The notes below the pieces were generated by a model that saw nothing but the letters and a program-made list of their open reading frames with translations, searched no databases and was not told the origin of the DNA. From Catajapyx aquilonaris (Eukaryota), in the NCBI GenBank assembly GCA_000934665.2, contig KZ538240.1, forward strand, positions 62,001-94,461: a stretch of DNA of 32,461 nt. Reading direction: 5' to 3'. Of this stretch, positions 11,113-24,536 are shown piece by piece. The position numbers and the translations under genes were made by a program. Numbering within the stretch: the stretch's first letter is position 1; each line of letters opens with the position of its first letter.

Positions 11113-12099
11113 TGATATTGCGTAGGGCAAATTGCGCAGCTACATAAAGTGTTCCTATGAAGACAATGAGTCCTTTCTAGGAGTATGAAATACCACATAG
11201 TTGCCAGTGCCTCTACACGTAGGCCTATAAAGGAATGAGAGGTTGCCACATTCATCTCGGTACATAGAAAACAAGTGCTGCAATGCTGTAGGGACAATAC
11301 ATTTTTAGAATTTCGCGAACAGTCCTGCACAAGCTGTCACTAAGTGCACTCATTCGCCGGCTTGCTAATTATTTAGCTATATTAAAATTTCAAGTTGAAT
11401 AAGCAGGCTACTCCTGCTGTGCATTGCCATCACTTTGCATTATTGATCTCCTTACTCTCGTTGCATACGAGTAGTTATGCTCTGTTCTCTGTACCTCGCT
11501 TTTTGTTTCTGCAGCACAAGGGGTTTTCCACACAATTACTAGGAAATAATAGACAAGATTTTTGGGGTTTCCAAGCAGGGGAAGAGGGGAGAGCGGGGCC
11601 ATAAAACGAGTGTCCCTGGCACTCGAATGAAAATGGATGCCCGCCAAGGCATCATTGTGATTTACGTTTATGATCTTCAAATGTTCAATTACTCACCGTA
11701 TCGGAGGGAGTGAGGCGGGAGAGGACGATGCTTTTTCCATGTCTTGCTATCCTGAGCACCCTGTTTTCAGGAGAGGGGGAGGAGAGGGGGAGTGGTCGGG
11801 ACGTGCTCAGGGGAAGGGGGGACAGCAGAGGGAGGGGGACACAGAGTTGGGACAAAAATTTCTGAGAGAGTTCGACCGTGTCCGCACGACCTACTGAACT
11901 CCATTAAAATCAAAAGGATTTGCTGGGACGGATGAAATTTATAGACTTTTGATTCACTAAGTTATTTTCGACCAGTTACTCCTGCGTGCTGCGTTATATT
12001 GACTGCTAATATTAGGATTAAATTGATGCAATCGTTTGGTTAATAAGGGTGATATAGGCTACTGAAAATGAAGGAAAGTATGGAATTGATTAGCTTAAA

Positions 12100-12730
12100 A
12101 AGAAAGAAAGAAAGAAAGAAATTCATATAAAAAAATAAAGAAATTCATATCTCTATCTCTATCTCTATAAATAAGGAAGTTTGTCAATTTGTCAGTTTGT
12201 TTGTCCCTTATAGAAATCCGGGGGAAGGCCCCTACACCGCCTTAAATTAGCATATCGGGAGTTACATTTTTCAAGGAATTTAATGCCGCATGTTTCAGCT
12301 TCCGAAAATGAACCTAACACCCATAACACGCATATTGCCAATTAACCAATTGCCAATTACCTATTTAACAATATTCATAGATTTCCATGGTAATGCCCTC
12401 ATTACATTGTAGGCCTACCACCATAACTTACCCGGGCAACGCCGGGTAACCTGCTAGTCAATAAATAAAGAAATTCATATAAAGAAATAAAGAAATTCAT
12501 ATAAAGAAATAAATAAATTCATATCAATAAATAAATAAATTCATATCAATAAATAAATAAATAAATAAATAAATAAATTCATATCAATAAATAAATAAAT
12601 AAATTCATATCAATAAATAAGTAAATAAATTAATATAAATAAATAAATAAATAAATAAATAAATTCACATAAATAAATAAATAAATAAATAAATAAATAT
12701 AAATAAATAAATAAATAAGTAAATAAATTC
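12100..12730. repeat. (AAAT)n/(AAAG)n with AAATTCATAT units; host of the Helitron
   Basis: Direct reading. The same units continue on both sides of 12150-12457. Confidence 0.9.
12150..12457 (+). mobile_element. Complete non-autonomous Helitron (308 bp)
   Basis: 5' A|TC (TCTCTA x3, then TAAATAAGGAAGTTTGTC..TTTGTTTGTCC), 3' hairpin TTACCCGG-GCAACG-CCGGGTAA (12428-12449) and CTAG|T end, with no TSD. Joining the flanks gives AAATTCATA|TCAATAAATAAA, which exists uninterrupted at about 12515-12535. Confidence 0.95.
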
Positions 12731-13273
12731 AGAGCTGAAATGAATATAATGTACGTATGCCTATTTACAATATTACAAAACTTTTTAAAAATAAGATATA
12801 CGTAACTTGAAATATATAAAATAAACGATAAAAATGAATGAAATAATAAATGATAAAACTAATGAAACATTTAAAAAATAAATAGATAATCCACAAAATA
12901 AATAGATAATATAAAAAATAAACAAAAATAAAATCAGTACATTACAAAAATAATACATTAATAAATAAAAGCAGAAATTAGGAGAATAACAACTATAAGA
13001 AAAATTAATAGTATAAGGTAATAAAATAGGCCAAATAAATACGATCGGAATCAAAACACAATTATATGCGTACCGGTATATACATTGACATTAAATTTGA
13101 ACAAACAAATAGAGAAATAAAACGAAAGTGAAAATAATCAAATTATCATGCAGGCAAAATATGTTACAATACAAAAATACAGAATTTGCATTCCAATTAG
13201 TGAATAAATTTAAGAGGAACAGGTGTTACAATAGGCCTATAATTCAATTAGTTAATGTTAAGTCTGAAGTTAC

Positions 13274-13420
13274 CATTGCTTCCAATGCTTTTGATGACTC
13301 AATTAATTGGCATGCCAAACCAAAATGTTTGAAATTAATATTGTTTAATAATGGTTTGAAATTATTGCCATTAGTGGCTGAAGAGCCAATATTCCAATGT
13401 TCATATCTAGTTTCAAAGTG
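13274..13420 (-). CDS. Weak candidate internal exon (147 bp, phase 0-0), product unknown
   Basis: The minus strand reads tttAG|CACTTT...GCAATG|GTaact. Only one frame is open: HFETRYEHWNIGSSATNGNNFKPLLNNINFKHFGLACQLIESSKALEAM. No homologue recognised; may be chance. Confidence 0.2.
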
Positions 13421-13469
13421 CTAAATATTGCTTAATAATATACGAGCAACAACAACATATAATAAAATA

Positions 13470-13642
13470 ATAATACAAAAATATAATAAATAATAAATAA
13501 TAGTACAAAATATAATAAATAATAGTACAAAATATAATAAATAATAGTACAAAATATAATAAATAATAGTACAAAATATAATAAATAATAGTACAAAATA
13601 TAATAAATAATAGTACAAAATATAATAAATAATAAATAATAG
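13470..13642. repeat. 22-bp minisatellite x6-7
   Basis: AATAGTACAAAATATAATAAAT units, which explain the repetitive YYILYY and FCTII ORFs. Confidence 0.95.
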
Positions 13643-14384
13643 AACATACGGGGACTGTATTGAATAAAATCCGATTTTCACTCATGTGACGAAAATTCGG
13701 CACTGTCGTAAAATCGGGCTTAAATTTTCATTTCCTTTGGCAGATTGATCCACCAAGAGTGGGAGGGATATATTTAATAAAAATGAAATTTTAATGCTCT
13801 TAAAAAGTGAGCGTCGGTTTTAAGCCTTAATTCTGGTGCCTGCTCGAGAGTGTATAGTGTTTCAGAAGGTGTAAGCCTGTGTGCTGGTATCCCCCCCCCC
13901 CCTCCTCCGCCTCCTTGGAATGATAATGGGGAAACTCGAGCCCAAGGAAGGAAGTAACCTAATTACAGCCTTTTTTGCGTGGGGCTCCGGCGTGCAAATT
14001 TATTCAAAATTAGTAGCCTCATCGGTCCACAAATGAAATTTTGCGATAATGTTACCAGTTTCTGAAACTTGGGCAAGAAACCCACCGCGCGCTCAAGGAA
14101 ATTACGCGGTTCAGCCCCCCCTCTCTTCCAAGCCCTGAATTGTCAATAGTGAAGCCAGAAACAGAAGGTGGGGGAAGAAGAAGTAGAAAATGTGACAACG
14201 TTACGTGTCCAACTTTGGACCAATAGGAGCTCTAGGTGGGCGGCAGGAGGAAGGCTCTGAATGGACGAAGCGAGGGCGGGGTTGCCATTTTCGACAAAAT
14301 TTGTTTTATCGTTAAGCTATAGCACAAGTAACATAATATATGGAACAAGCATGTGGTCATTAATCACACCATGTAAGTATACGT

Positions 14385-15085
14385 TGAACATATTCAGTAC
14401 AAGAAATAAGAAAAATTGCTATACATCTTTATATAGTGTAGGAAATAAGAAAAATTGCTACAGAACTTCAGTGTAAGACATGACAAAAATTTCTGCATAT
14501 CATCAGTTCAAGAAAAATTAGCAAATTGTTGCACATCTTCAGTGCAAGAAATAGTATTACTCTACATCTTCAGTGTGAGAAATAAGAAAAATTGGTGCAC
14601 ATCTTCAGGTGCGAGAAATACATTTTATGCTTGGTTTATGCACACATTCAGTGCAAGAAATAAACAAGCTCCACACATGCAGTGTACTAGGAAATACATT
14701 GTTACACATCTTTAGTATAGGAAATAAAGGAAAACTAGTGCACATCTTCATTGTAAAAGTTATGAAAAATTACTACGCATCTTTAGTGCAGGAAATACGA
14801 GAAATCGCTACATAACTTCCGTGCAAAAAATGAGAAAAAAATTCTGCGTATCATCAGTGCAAAAAATAATAAGAATTGCTGCATAAGTGCATATCTTTAG
14901 TGCGAGAAATAAATTTTATGCACATCTTCAGTGTAGGAAATAAAATTGCCACACAGCTTCTGTGAAAGAAATAAAAAAATTGCTACACATCTGTAGTGTA
15001 GGAAATAAGGAAAATTTCTGTACATCCTCAGTGTAAGAAATAAGACGATTGTCGCACATTTCAGGGCAAGAAATAAGAACAAAAA
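14385..15085. repeat. Degenerate ~33-35-bp minisatellite (about 20 units)
   Basis: Recurrent ACATCTTCAGTG(T/C)A(G/A)GAAATAAGAAAAATTGCT-like units. Confidence 0.9.
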
Positions 15086-17094
15086 TGCTGTTGTTCCACC
15101 AACCACAGGAACATCTAGGAAATAGTACCCGTATCGAGTGTGGCCAACCCCTGGTGAGATGTCCTGGGTCCTAAATTGTGGTGCTGGTTGTGTGTTAAGG
15201 GACCGGGGAGTGCAGCATGGCCCGAGGCGCCTGAGCCCCAGCCTTCCTCCTTTTCCTCCGTGGCTGCGTAATTCCAGATAAGCGCCCAGGCTGAGGAATA
15301 GGGATGTAATTGGCCATAAAATATCCTCGGCGGAGCGTGAATCTCCAGTGGGGGGGAACAGGGGAGTAGGTGACCCACGATGATGACGGGGCCTTATTAT
15401 CTGCATCGCCTTTTGCTTTTGATGGAGCACCACCACTGAACCTTTCTGAATGCGTGGGAGGGGATACGAGGAGGTTCGTTGTAATCAGACTTCCAAAATG
15501 GGTGAGGAAAAAGAAGAAGAAGAAGAAAACCTTAAGGCAGCACGTGGAACCGCCATTTTCGTTAGTGGAGCCATCCGTAAACAAAAAGTACACAAAAACT
15601 TTGCAAAACTTTTCCTTGGAGATTGCCCTCACCCGTGTTAGTTCAGGCGGACCTGAATGTCTAGGGGTCATCTTATGGGGAAAAATTCAAGGAAGGGGGG
15701 GGGGAAGCTTCCTTAGAAAATGGCGAGCAAATGTGGGCTCTTTTCCCCTCTTCTTCTCAAGAAAATGGTGAAGGAAATGCTCAAATTTTGGATTTTTTTT
15801 TACTGAGTTAACTGACCAAGAGTTTGCACAGGGGACATTGGATGGGGATTACACTTGGGCTATACTTCTTTGAGAGGGTCAAACTTTCTTAATCTGTAAG
15901 AGGAAACCGACCGGAAGGTTCCGGACCAATCCGGACTGTTTGCCACAAAATATTTTACAAATGCAGGCATCGGGCAAGTCCATGTCTGCTTTCATCAATG
16001 TTTTTTCACATGAAGAATAAATTGATAATTAATTGTTGCATATTATTAATTAGTCCCATTATGACAGTTAATATTACAGAAAATAATAATATAACTAACA
16101 CTCTCATAATTTATTAGCTTCAACATATTATTAGCTACAATATAGCTAATAAAATAATAACTAATACTGTCAAATGGGCGGTAGGGGAGGGGAATGGAAC
16201 AAACATTGCATTTTATATAATAATATTAGCTATATTTTATTAACTATAACATACCGTATTATTAGTTACATGTTATTAACTATAACATATTAGCTACACC
16301 ATGTTATTATTTTATTAGCTAATGTTATTAGTCATAATATATTATTAGTTATGACAAGACAGTAGCTTTTCTTAAATAAAGAGTAAATTATTATTTAATT
16401 CGAGTGTGTTTATTCCAGATTTTTGTTCAGCTCACACGGGTAAGAGCCACAACAATGATTTGCTCAGTCCCGACTCATTGTTGATTTCATGCCCTGGATG
16501 CCTGAGGGGCATGTTAGCATCCTCGTTGGGAACTCTGCTCACAAACGTGTATGTGTGTGTGTGTTTATATAGCCCCGGGAGTAGGCGAGCCCGTCAGTGC
16601 AAATAGTGTTTTTGGGGGAGGGTGGGGTTGGCAGGAAAATGGCGAAATCACGGTGCGACAATATATTATGCAAATTTCTCAAACTACCTTGTTTTTTGGG
16701 GGGGACGCTCTTTGAGAGAGAGGGAGAGAGAGAGCATGTCATTTTCCAGCAGTTATTTCTGAAATATTATGGTTCAGAAGCAGCTTCGCAAAGACTCAGC
16801 GGGAAGCTTTAGCAAGGACTCTGTATATAGAAGCCCATAGCCGGGCATGGTGTGCGATCCATTTCAAACGAAACATTTCCCTCAACATTGGAGTGGCCTA
16901 AAATGTGGTCAACATGAAATAAAATTTCAAATTTTACAATAGCCCAAAATTTTATACTCGGTAAAGAAAAATTTAAATTGAATTTGAAAATTAAAATATT
17001 AATACATTGAAAGAATTTTGCAATTATACTTTAAATTATAATGCGTAATAATAATGAAAATATAATTATAATAATCACGGATTGTAATAAAATT

Positions 17095-17275
17095 CAAATA
17101 AAATTTGCATTTAAATTGTAATAAATTTGTATTCAAATTGTAATAAAATTTGTATTCAAATTGTAATAAAATTTGTATTCAAATTGTAATAAAATTTGTA
17201 TTCAAATTGTAATAAAATTTGTATTCAAATTGTAATAAATTTTGAAATAATTTTATACAATTTGTAATAAAAATT
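17095..17275. repeat. 23-bp minisatellite
   Basis: AAATTGTAATAAAATTTGTATTC about 5 times plus degenerate flanks. Confidence 0.95.
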
Positions 17276-18391
17276 GGAATAATATATGTAATTAAATTAC
17301 TACGTAATATTAATACATTTTATATATAAACTGCAAACCCACTGTATCTTCGAGGCGATGGAAATATCGTAGGCTGGTCACATACACGATGAATGCATTT
17401 TCTTTAATGAAAATTATCGAAGCACCTTTTACTAACCAAACGTTCTCCGAGAGATGCATCGCACCACTGGGAATTTTTGCAATCAGAAAAACTCCCAACT
17501 GATAACCTGCACGAAAAGTTTCAGATAATTTGACTCTCTATGAATTTTGGGAAATCCCAGATTACGCCTTCCATTTTTTTAAAGTGTAATTAATCGTCGA
17601 AGTGATTACAGATACAGCACTTGACCAATAGGGAGTGGTTTTCCTTTTCCCCTTTCTTTCATTAAGATGACAATGTTATTGCTATTTAGCGCACGATTGC
17701 AATTATTCTGCCTTTGATGTTCCGGACTGGGAAGTTTTTTCGTGCGTACGTTTGCGTTTCGCATTGAGGGTAGGTTGCTGGAAGAGTTTTTTTTTGTGGC
17801 AACGAGCTTCTCCGTGCATGCGGAATAGAATTGTTGGTCTAGGATGGGGGGAGGCTTTATACTGTGGGAGGTTGCAACTACACTCACACACACACACCCA
17901 CATAAAAAGAGCAGAATTTGAAGAACCGGGCTTCAAAGGATGGGGTCTCAGAGAAAATTCGGTTTGTTGCGGAGACGCTCAGAGGAAAGGCGGCGGTTTG
18001 TGAGGCGCTAATTCTTTTCCTTTTCCAGGAGAAGACGGTTTTCCGGGTAAGGATCTTAAGTGCTAGGGATAATTTTAGGTGCGTCAACACCTTTGTTGTA
18101 AACGGAGATGCAAAAATAAGACGCTTATTGTTGGTTAACCTACACATGAAGGACCTTTTGCATGTTGGCCCCTGAAGGAAATCTACTTCCAGGTATAGCA
18201 TGGGAAGTGTGGGAATAAAGGGTTGTACTCTACCGTAGGCTACTGTTCATAAAATAATAAATATTCTACTCAGAAATAAAATTAAATAAATATTATAAAT
18301 GTAGACTATAAGTTCTAATAACTTTTTAATTTTATTTTTCTATGTAAGCTTATAGAAAAATAGAAATCCTGTAATAAGTTAGAACGTATTA

Positions 18392-18789
18392 GGAAATTTA
18401 ATCTGCCGTCGCTTTGGGAAATGGTAGAGGGGTTCTAGGCGATCACTTTGAGGATATTCAACGTGGGTCTCCGAAGCATAGTTACCGAGATAATTAGTAT
18501 TAAATAAAATGTGCATTATCCCAGCTTATACGTAGGTTTCAGATACTGCTTACGACACTTCCATCCCTACTACATCCCTACTACAACTAACAGGATCGTA
18601 AATTAAAATTAAAAAGCAATGTCGCGTGGAGGGGCGCATATACGTGCCAGGATATTTTCTACCTTCTGTTTGAAGCACATTATCTCGGTAACTATGCGTC
18701 GGAGACCCATGTTGCATATACTCAAAGTGATCGCCTAGAAGTCATCTATCATTTCCCAAAGCGACGGTAGGTTACATTTCCGAACCCTG
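18392..18789. mobile_element. Fold-back MITE with ~110-bp TIRs, probably Tc1/mariner-derived; left tip eroded
   Basis: CCGTCGCTTTGGGAAATG..TTCTAGGCGATCACTTTGAG..TGGGTCTCCGA.GCATAGTTACCGAGATAAT is mirrored at 18679-18781. The right end is ..AACCCTG (CAGGGT-type terminus). TSD not confirmable. Confidence 0.85.
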
Positions 18790-20399
18790 TGTATTATATC
18801 ATGTAATAACTCTCTTCCCAGGCTATTGTTGTAAATTACAGGAGCCTCTGAGTTATCAGCCGAATACATTTAACTTTTATGTGTGGGGTACACGGATATA
18901 ATACAGAATTACTTATTACGTGCTGGGCGTCGCTCAGGACAAGGGGAAGGGAGTGACCCCGTAGCAGGCTGTGTGGCCGTGCTATACAGTCTCGGGTATT
19001 GCAACAATATAGATAGATACAAGAAAGTGGGACCCGGATAGAGATATAAGTCGGGTCATCTCTTGAACTGGAGTCCTTGATCTCTGCATCCTATATGTGT
19101 GTGTGGTGCAACATTATAGCATATCATATTATGAAGATATTTGTTTTGTGTAGGTTATAATCATTATAGAGTTTACAAAAGTTATGACTTTTACTTTGAA
19201 ATCGATATAAATACTTTAAAATAAATAATATTGAGTGCTGTAATGTAAATAAGCAAAACTGTATGTAACATTGGAATGAAATTGAATAAATTAAGGTATA
19301 CGTATAGTTGCACATAAAATGATATATAGGATATCAATGAAGTAAAAACAAATAAGCATAAAATAGCCTTAAATTAATTTTGAAATGAATGATCGAAAGT
19401 ACTTAATATGAAAATTAATAACTACATGCACACTTATAGTAAAGAAGTGTATAAATAAAAATGCAATGCATCACATATTACGGTAATATAATTAGTTAAT
19501 TACACACCTAAATATAGTATTCATGTAAGACACAAATAAAATATTATGTATTTACCTATATCTAAATAAGCAAATATTCCAGGCCAGCGTGACTCACAGT
19601 TATATGTTAAAAGGCTGGAAAAGTAATCGTAATTAAAACAGCAATTAAAATTGCAAATATATTTTTGTAAACTAAGCAGGTAATCAAACGGCATTAAAAC
19701 TCTTTGATATTGAACCTCCTACATTTATGATGCGAAATATTTGATGGGGCTACATTCGGTTATGGCTCTTTTAACCGACTGGTCGAGTTCAATACGCGGC
19801 CAGGCTGTGACATCACACGTTTTATAATTATTTTAAAACACAATTTATGCCCGAGTATTCCGGGGTCTCCATAACAGTTAGGGAAGTAATTACCACACCC
19901 GATCGATAGCCCGTCAGTAAATTATGACCCGAGCTCCCACATATTCTAATTCGCCCCCCTATACGTGTATATATAGACTACGACCTGCCCACAAAATAGC
20001 TGCAGTTTTTCGCCAATTTTTTTTGCACATACATAATTTACACTGTACTGGATATGTGTTTGTATCTGGTAAAAATTGCGAGTTGGGGGACGTACTTTGA
20101 TAGCATTCGGAACTAGGGGTTGGGCCGAGGTTCAATGATTTGCTTACTCAGCTGACAAGTCGCAGCCACGTCATAAATCATACAGGCCGCGTGAAATAAT
20201 GGGGCTCTATTTATCACAACAGAGGTTCATCAACGGACAACTGACATTAATGGCCAAAATTTAACCGCGCTTGTCCCATTTGCCCGCACTGATTTTTTTT
20301 TTGTAGTGTAATTACAGGAAAAGGTGGGCGAAAATTTTTGTTTTTTTGAAGAGGAGGTTAGACCTGTATTATAGGTTATGGTAGACCTGGATAAGGAAG

Positions 20400-21330
20400 T
20401 CAAAATTTGGCCGTACAAATTAGATCGGTTCGAAATCGCACAAAACGTATTTTGCGCATATTTTATGAAGGTCATATTTTGTAGTCCTACCCTTGATCAC
20501 GAACGATGCAAAAAAAAGGACACCAAAATGTGTACAAATTTTGCACTTTATTAGGGTTAGAAATTGCACAAAACGCATTTTTCACACATTTTCGAGGTCA
20601 AATTTTGCAATCTGACCCAGGTTGAACTGGCAAACTGCAGACATGTACGAAAGACAAAAAATTGGGTACAAAATGTGTACTCTAGATCGATTGAAATTGG
20701 CACAAACTGAACATGATTTTATGAAGGGCATATTTTGCAATATGACACCCATACTATGCTAAAATCATGTATGAACAACAAAAATTGGTACATTATTTTG
20801 TACTTTCCATGGGTTCAAAATGGAGAAAAACTCATTTTGCACAATCATATTTTGTCGAAATCAAATTTGGCTCAAACTGCAAAAATATTGGCAAGGAAAG
20901 GACACAAAAATTGGGTACAAGTTGTACTTTACGTATATAGATCGGATAAAAATGGCATAAACAGCAATTTGCATATTTTCTGAAGGTCCATTTTGTAGGG
21001 ATAAAAAAATGGATACAAAATTTGCAATTTATTCAAAATGGCGCAAAACACATTTTGCACATATTTTCTGAAGGTCCATTTTGTAAGGATAACAAAAATT
21101 GGGTACAAAATTAATTTATTCATAATGGCGCAAAACATATTTTGCACATATTTTCTGAAGGTCGCATTTTTGCAATCCGATCCCATTCACCTAAAAATAT
21201 ACGGACATAAAAATTTGGTACAAAATTTACACTCTAGATAGGGTCAAAATTGAACAAAACGCATTTTGCGCCCATTTTTCGAAGGTCAAATATTTGCAAT
21301 CTGACCCCTTTTGAACTACACGCAACATTT
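20400..21330. repeat. Degenerate satellite, ~88-130-bp units
   Basis: Recurring AAAAATTGGGTACAAAAT..AAATGGCGCAAAAC.CATTTTGCACATATTTTCTGAAGGTC blocks (e.g. near 21035 and 21123). Confidence 0.85.
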
Positions 21331-22081
21331 TTTTTTGCATGAAACTCTGACGCATCAAAATTATGCATAAATGAAGCGCAGGTGATAGCAAGGGAAAAGA
21401 AACTAACTTAATACTTTGAAGGAGGAAAAAAAAGCGGGGCCATGTTGATGCGGAACTAAACCCATTTACATGGGCGAGGGTTATTGACTGGAAGAAAATT
21501 TTCATCGGCAGTAATTAAGGATACCGAATTATGTTAAACTTTTGAGGTGGGGAGGAGTGGTGTGAGGAGAGAAGGCCCCGGATTCTAATTTGCATACTAA
21601 TGGCAACATTTTCTAAGAAATGCTTTCGGCCTATTATTTATTATTTTCTTGAGAGAGGCGGCCCCGCAAAAATAGTGTACCGAGAGATCAAGCGCCCCTT
21701 TTTTTGCTTGAAACCTCATTACTGACCTCTTTTAGCACAATCAAAAAGGGTAAAGTAAATCAGGCTATAAAGCGTGTAAAAGTGACAAAGGCTTTTGAGG
21801 TTCTTAACGCGACCATTTATTGACTTCTTTTGTATAAGGAACCATGTTTATTCAGGATGGAAAGTGGAGTATATACACAGGGTGGTACACTGCCTATATT
21901 TATGGCTCAAAAAATTGCATTTATGCTTCATTTATTAGGAAAATATCATTACTTATGATCAAACGTAAAATATACAAATTTTGGCACGTTCAAACTGCTA
22001 TTTGCAGCTAATTCTTTTGATAACCTTTAAAAGTAGCTGTTAAACTAAGCAGTTTAGTGCCAAAATTAATAGAAGAGGTTT

Positions 22082-22083
<2 letters not shown>

Positions 22084-22149
<66 letters not shown>
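22084..22149. repeat. (GAT)22 microsatellite
   Basis: Perfect trinucleotide run. Confidence 0.97.
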
Positions 22150-22255
22150 ACCAATCATGATCATTATAATTCTTTCTACAGTGTTATAACTTATTGTAAG
22201 TTAGATAATATATAATATATATTTATTACATGACGATTATTATGTTATACTATAA

Positions 22256-22490
22256 CTAGGAAAACGCTCGCAAACCACTCGCTTCGCTCTCTCTTTTCCA
22301 GGCCGACAGCCTGGGGTACCTATTCGGCGCACCATATCGCCAGGGAATGGACAGTTTCCCCGGCAACCCAACAGGAGTTGTTTACACCCCATTGCGCATG
22401 AGTAGAACGCGAGCCAATGGGGAGGTGGCGGTAACAATATGCGGCGGACCAATCAGAGGGCTCGGCCAACAAGGATTTTAATATTATAGA
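22256..22490 (-). mobile_element. Non-autonomous Helitron (235 bp), second family
   Basis: The minus strand begins A|TCTATAATATTAAAATCC and ends ..GAGCGAAGCGAGTGGTTTGCGAGCGTTTTCCTAG|T, with a subterminal GCGAAGC mini-hairpin. It is a GC-rich block sharply bounded within AT-rich DNA, with no TSD. Confidence 0.8.
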
Positions 22491-23344
22491 TGATTAATTA
22501 TTGCATTATTTATTATTAGCATTTATACGCATGTACTTGGACAATCATTGTATCGGCAAATTAGCTTTTAATTTTGAAATTTGTGAGTTTATTTTAAGTT
22601 AATTTTGTATTCCAACAAAATAATATCATAAATTTCTTCAAATAAAATATACAAAAACCAATACCACTCCACTGTTTTCCCCCAAGCCCTTCATGTATTT
22701 TGGTACAATAAAAAATTGAAATTATTCATAAAGTAAATGAACTCCATTCAAATAGTATTGCATCATTGCATGTTACCATTTTTTAATTTTTGCACAATTG
22801 TCATTCAATTAGTTATTACATGGCTATTTATAGTATATGAGTGTATAGTACAGTCAATAATTTTATAGCTATTGTACAGTTATTATGATCGCATAATATT
22901 GTCCGATTCAAGTGAGCACTTGGTGATTGCAGCACCCGGCAAAAGGTGCATGTAATTCACGTGGCAAGAGCTACCGTGTGTGCTAAAAACGGTTAGACAA
23001 AAACTGTTGTGGGTGGAAAATAATGTAGGTCTTGTGGGGTGTAGGTAGTGTGCGTGCTAACCACGTTCAACAATGCCGTCATTGCCTAATAGAAGGAAAT
23101 TCCTTTGCGTGTCGGTCCGACGGAGGAGGGTGATATTTCCTCGATTGCGAAAGTAATGGCAGGGTTTGCTGTGCTTACGTGGCGATCTCAAGGGGGAAAA
23201 AAAAGAAAGAAGAAAAAAAAGGAAAAGAAGACAAAAAAAAATATAATCGACCGAATTTTTTTAAAAGAACGGTAGGTTGCAAAATTTTTGGCCAAATTTT
23301 AGCATTGTTTTTAGTAAGCTAGTGAGGAGTTAATTCAAATCCTG

Positions 23345-24110
23345 GTCAGTGAATTTTTCGCAAATGTAGTGCCGAAATATCTTGCGAATTTGCAGTGTTA
23401 TGAGGTGTAGAAAAATATGAAAAAAATCGCATTTTTGTTAGTAATTTTCGCAAAAGCTGTCATAATTTTGCGAATTTGAAGGGGCATCATCTGGCATAAA
23501 GAAATATGACAGTATTCCCATTTTGTTAGCTCTTTTTTAAAAAACTGCCAAGTTTTTGCATACTTCAAGTGACGTCACTTGACCTGTAAGGATATATGCC
23601 AACATGTCTGTTTACAATTTTTGCAGAATCTGTGTCTGAATCTGAAGTATAGAAGGTAAGGAAATGTTACAACTTATTTAATTTATGTTGACTACAGTAT
23701 TTTTTTGTGCAAAACTTGATGTCTGATTTATCGCGAATTTTAGTCTGACAAATTGTCTACCTGAATTTTTTTCAAACCATGGTGTTTGAATTTTGCGAAT
23801 GCGAAATGACATTATCATATCATAAGTGAATAGGTAAGGTAAGTATAATAAAGTATCATATATAAATGTGATCAATAATTTGCTTATTGGTTAACATTTT
23901 TCATAATACCTGCGTCTGAATTTTCGCGAATATGAATTGAAGTCATATGACACAAGAAAATATGGCAAAATTGGTCTGTTGACAGTGTCTAATTTTTGTG
24001 AATTTTAATTGATGGCATATATACTATATATGGAAATGTGACAAACAATTTCCTTTCTGTCAACTCTTTTTAGCAATTTTTTTTCGCGAATCTGATGTGA
24101 CGTCACCCAG
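23345..24110. repeat. Old, highly degenerate repeat with TTTT(C)GCGAAT cores
   Basis: About 10 recurrences of ATTTT(C)GC(G/A)AA(T), often followed by TGA..TCA..AAATATG.CA-like segments. Confidence 0.55.
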
Positions 24111-24536
24111 ACATATTTCGTGCCTAGTGGCTGCGATAGATTGATTGCCTTTTATTTAAAGAGGGGCGCCCAGTGGATCGGATAGACTCGGCTGACAGTC
24201 AGCCTTGATTACTCCAGTTCCTCCGGAATACAAAGCAGTTTCTTGCAAGACCCGTCGAAACGGAATACGGAATCAAAGAACCTTCCTTCCTCTCCTTTTC
24301 GTATATACCTCCTCTTTACAAAACGGTTTTGGCAAAGGGAAAGTGCACGGAGACCTGTCGGTATTGCTGCGGATCACTCTGATCCCCAAAATACCTGCGC
24401 TTGATGGGGCTACGTGTTGGCCACTTGGAAAGGCGCCGCCAACTCCAAGGTTCAATCACGTTTGGTTTGGATTCATTCGCTTCTGTAGAATCGACAAACC
24501 GGGTGTGAATTTGCTCGGGCCACATACTATCCCCAT

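Noticed and set aside
14385..15085. Regular ~33-35-bp repeats as a CRISPR array (also 30115-31780)
   Set aside because: The units are contiguous degenerate tandem copies without unique spacers, the context is eukaryotic, and there are no cas genes.
14897..15771. Cluster of overlapping 87-179-aa ORFs
   Set aside because: These are products of a GC-richer island, an AAG microsatellite and the adjoining minisatellite, with no protein-like signal.
16162..16172. miR-8/200-like 5' end TAATACTGTCA
   Set aside because: The match ends after 11 nt and no precursor hairpin is present. No other conserved microRNA was recognised in the window.
2279..18216. Scattered Su(H)/CSL sites (YGTGRGAA)
   Set aside because: About six unclustered hits, roughly the number expected by chance in 32 kb.
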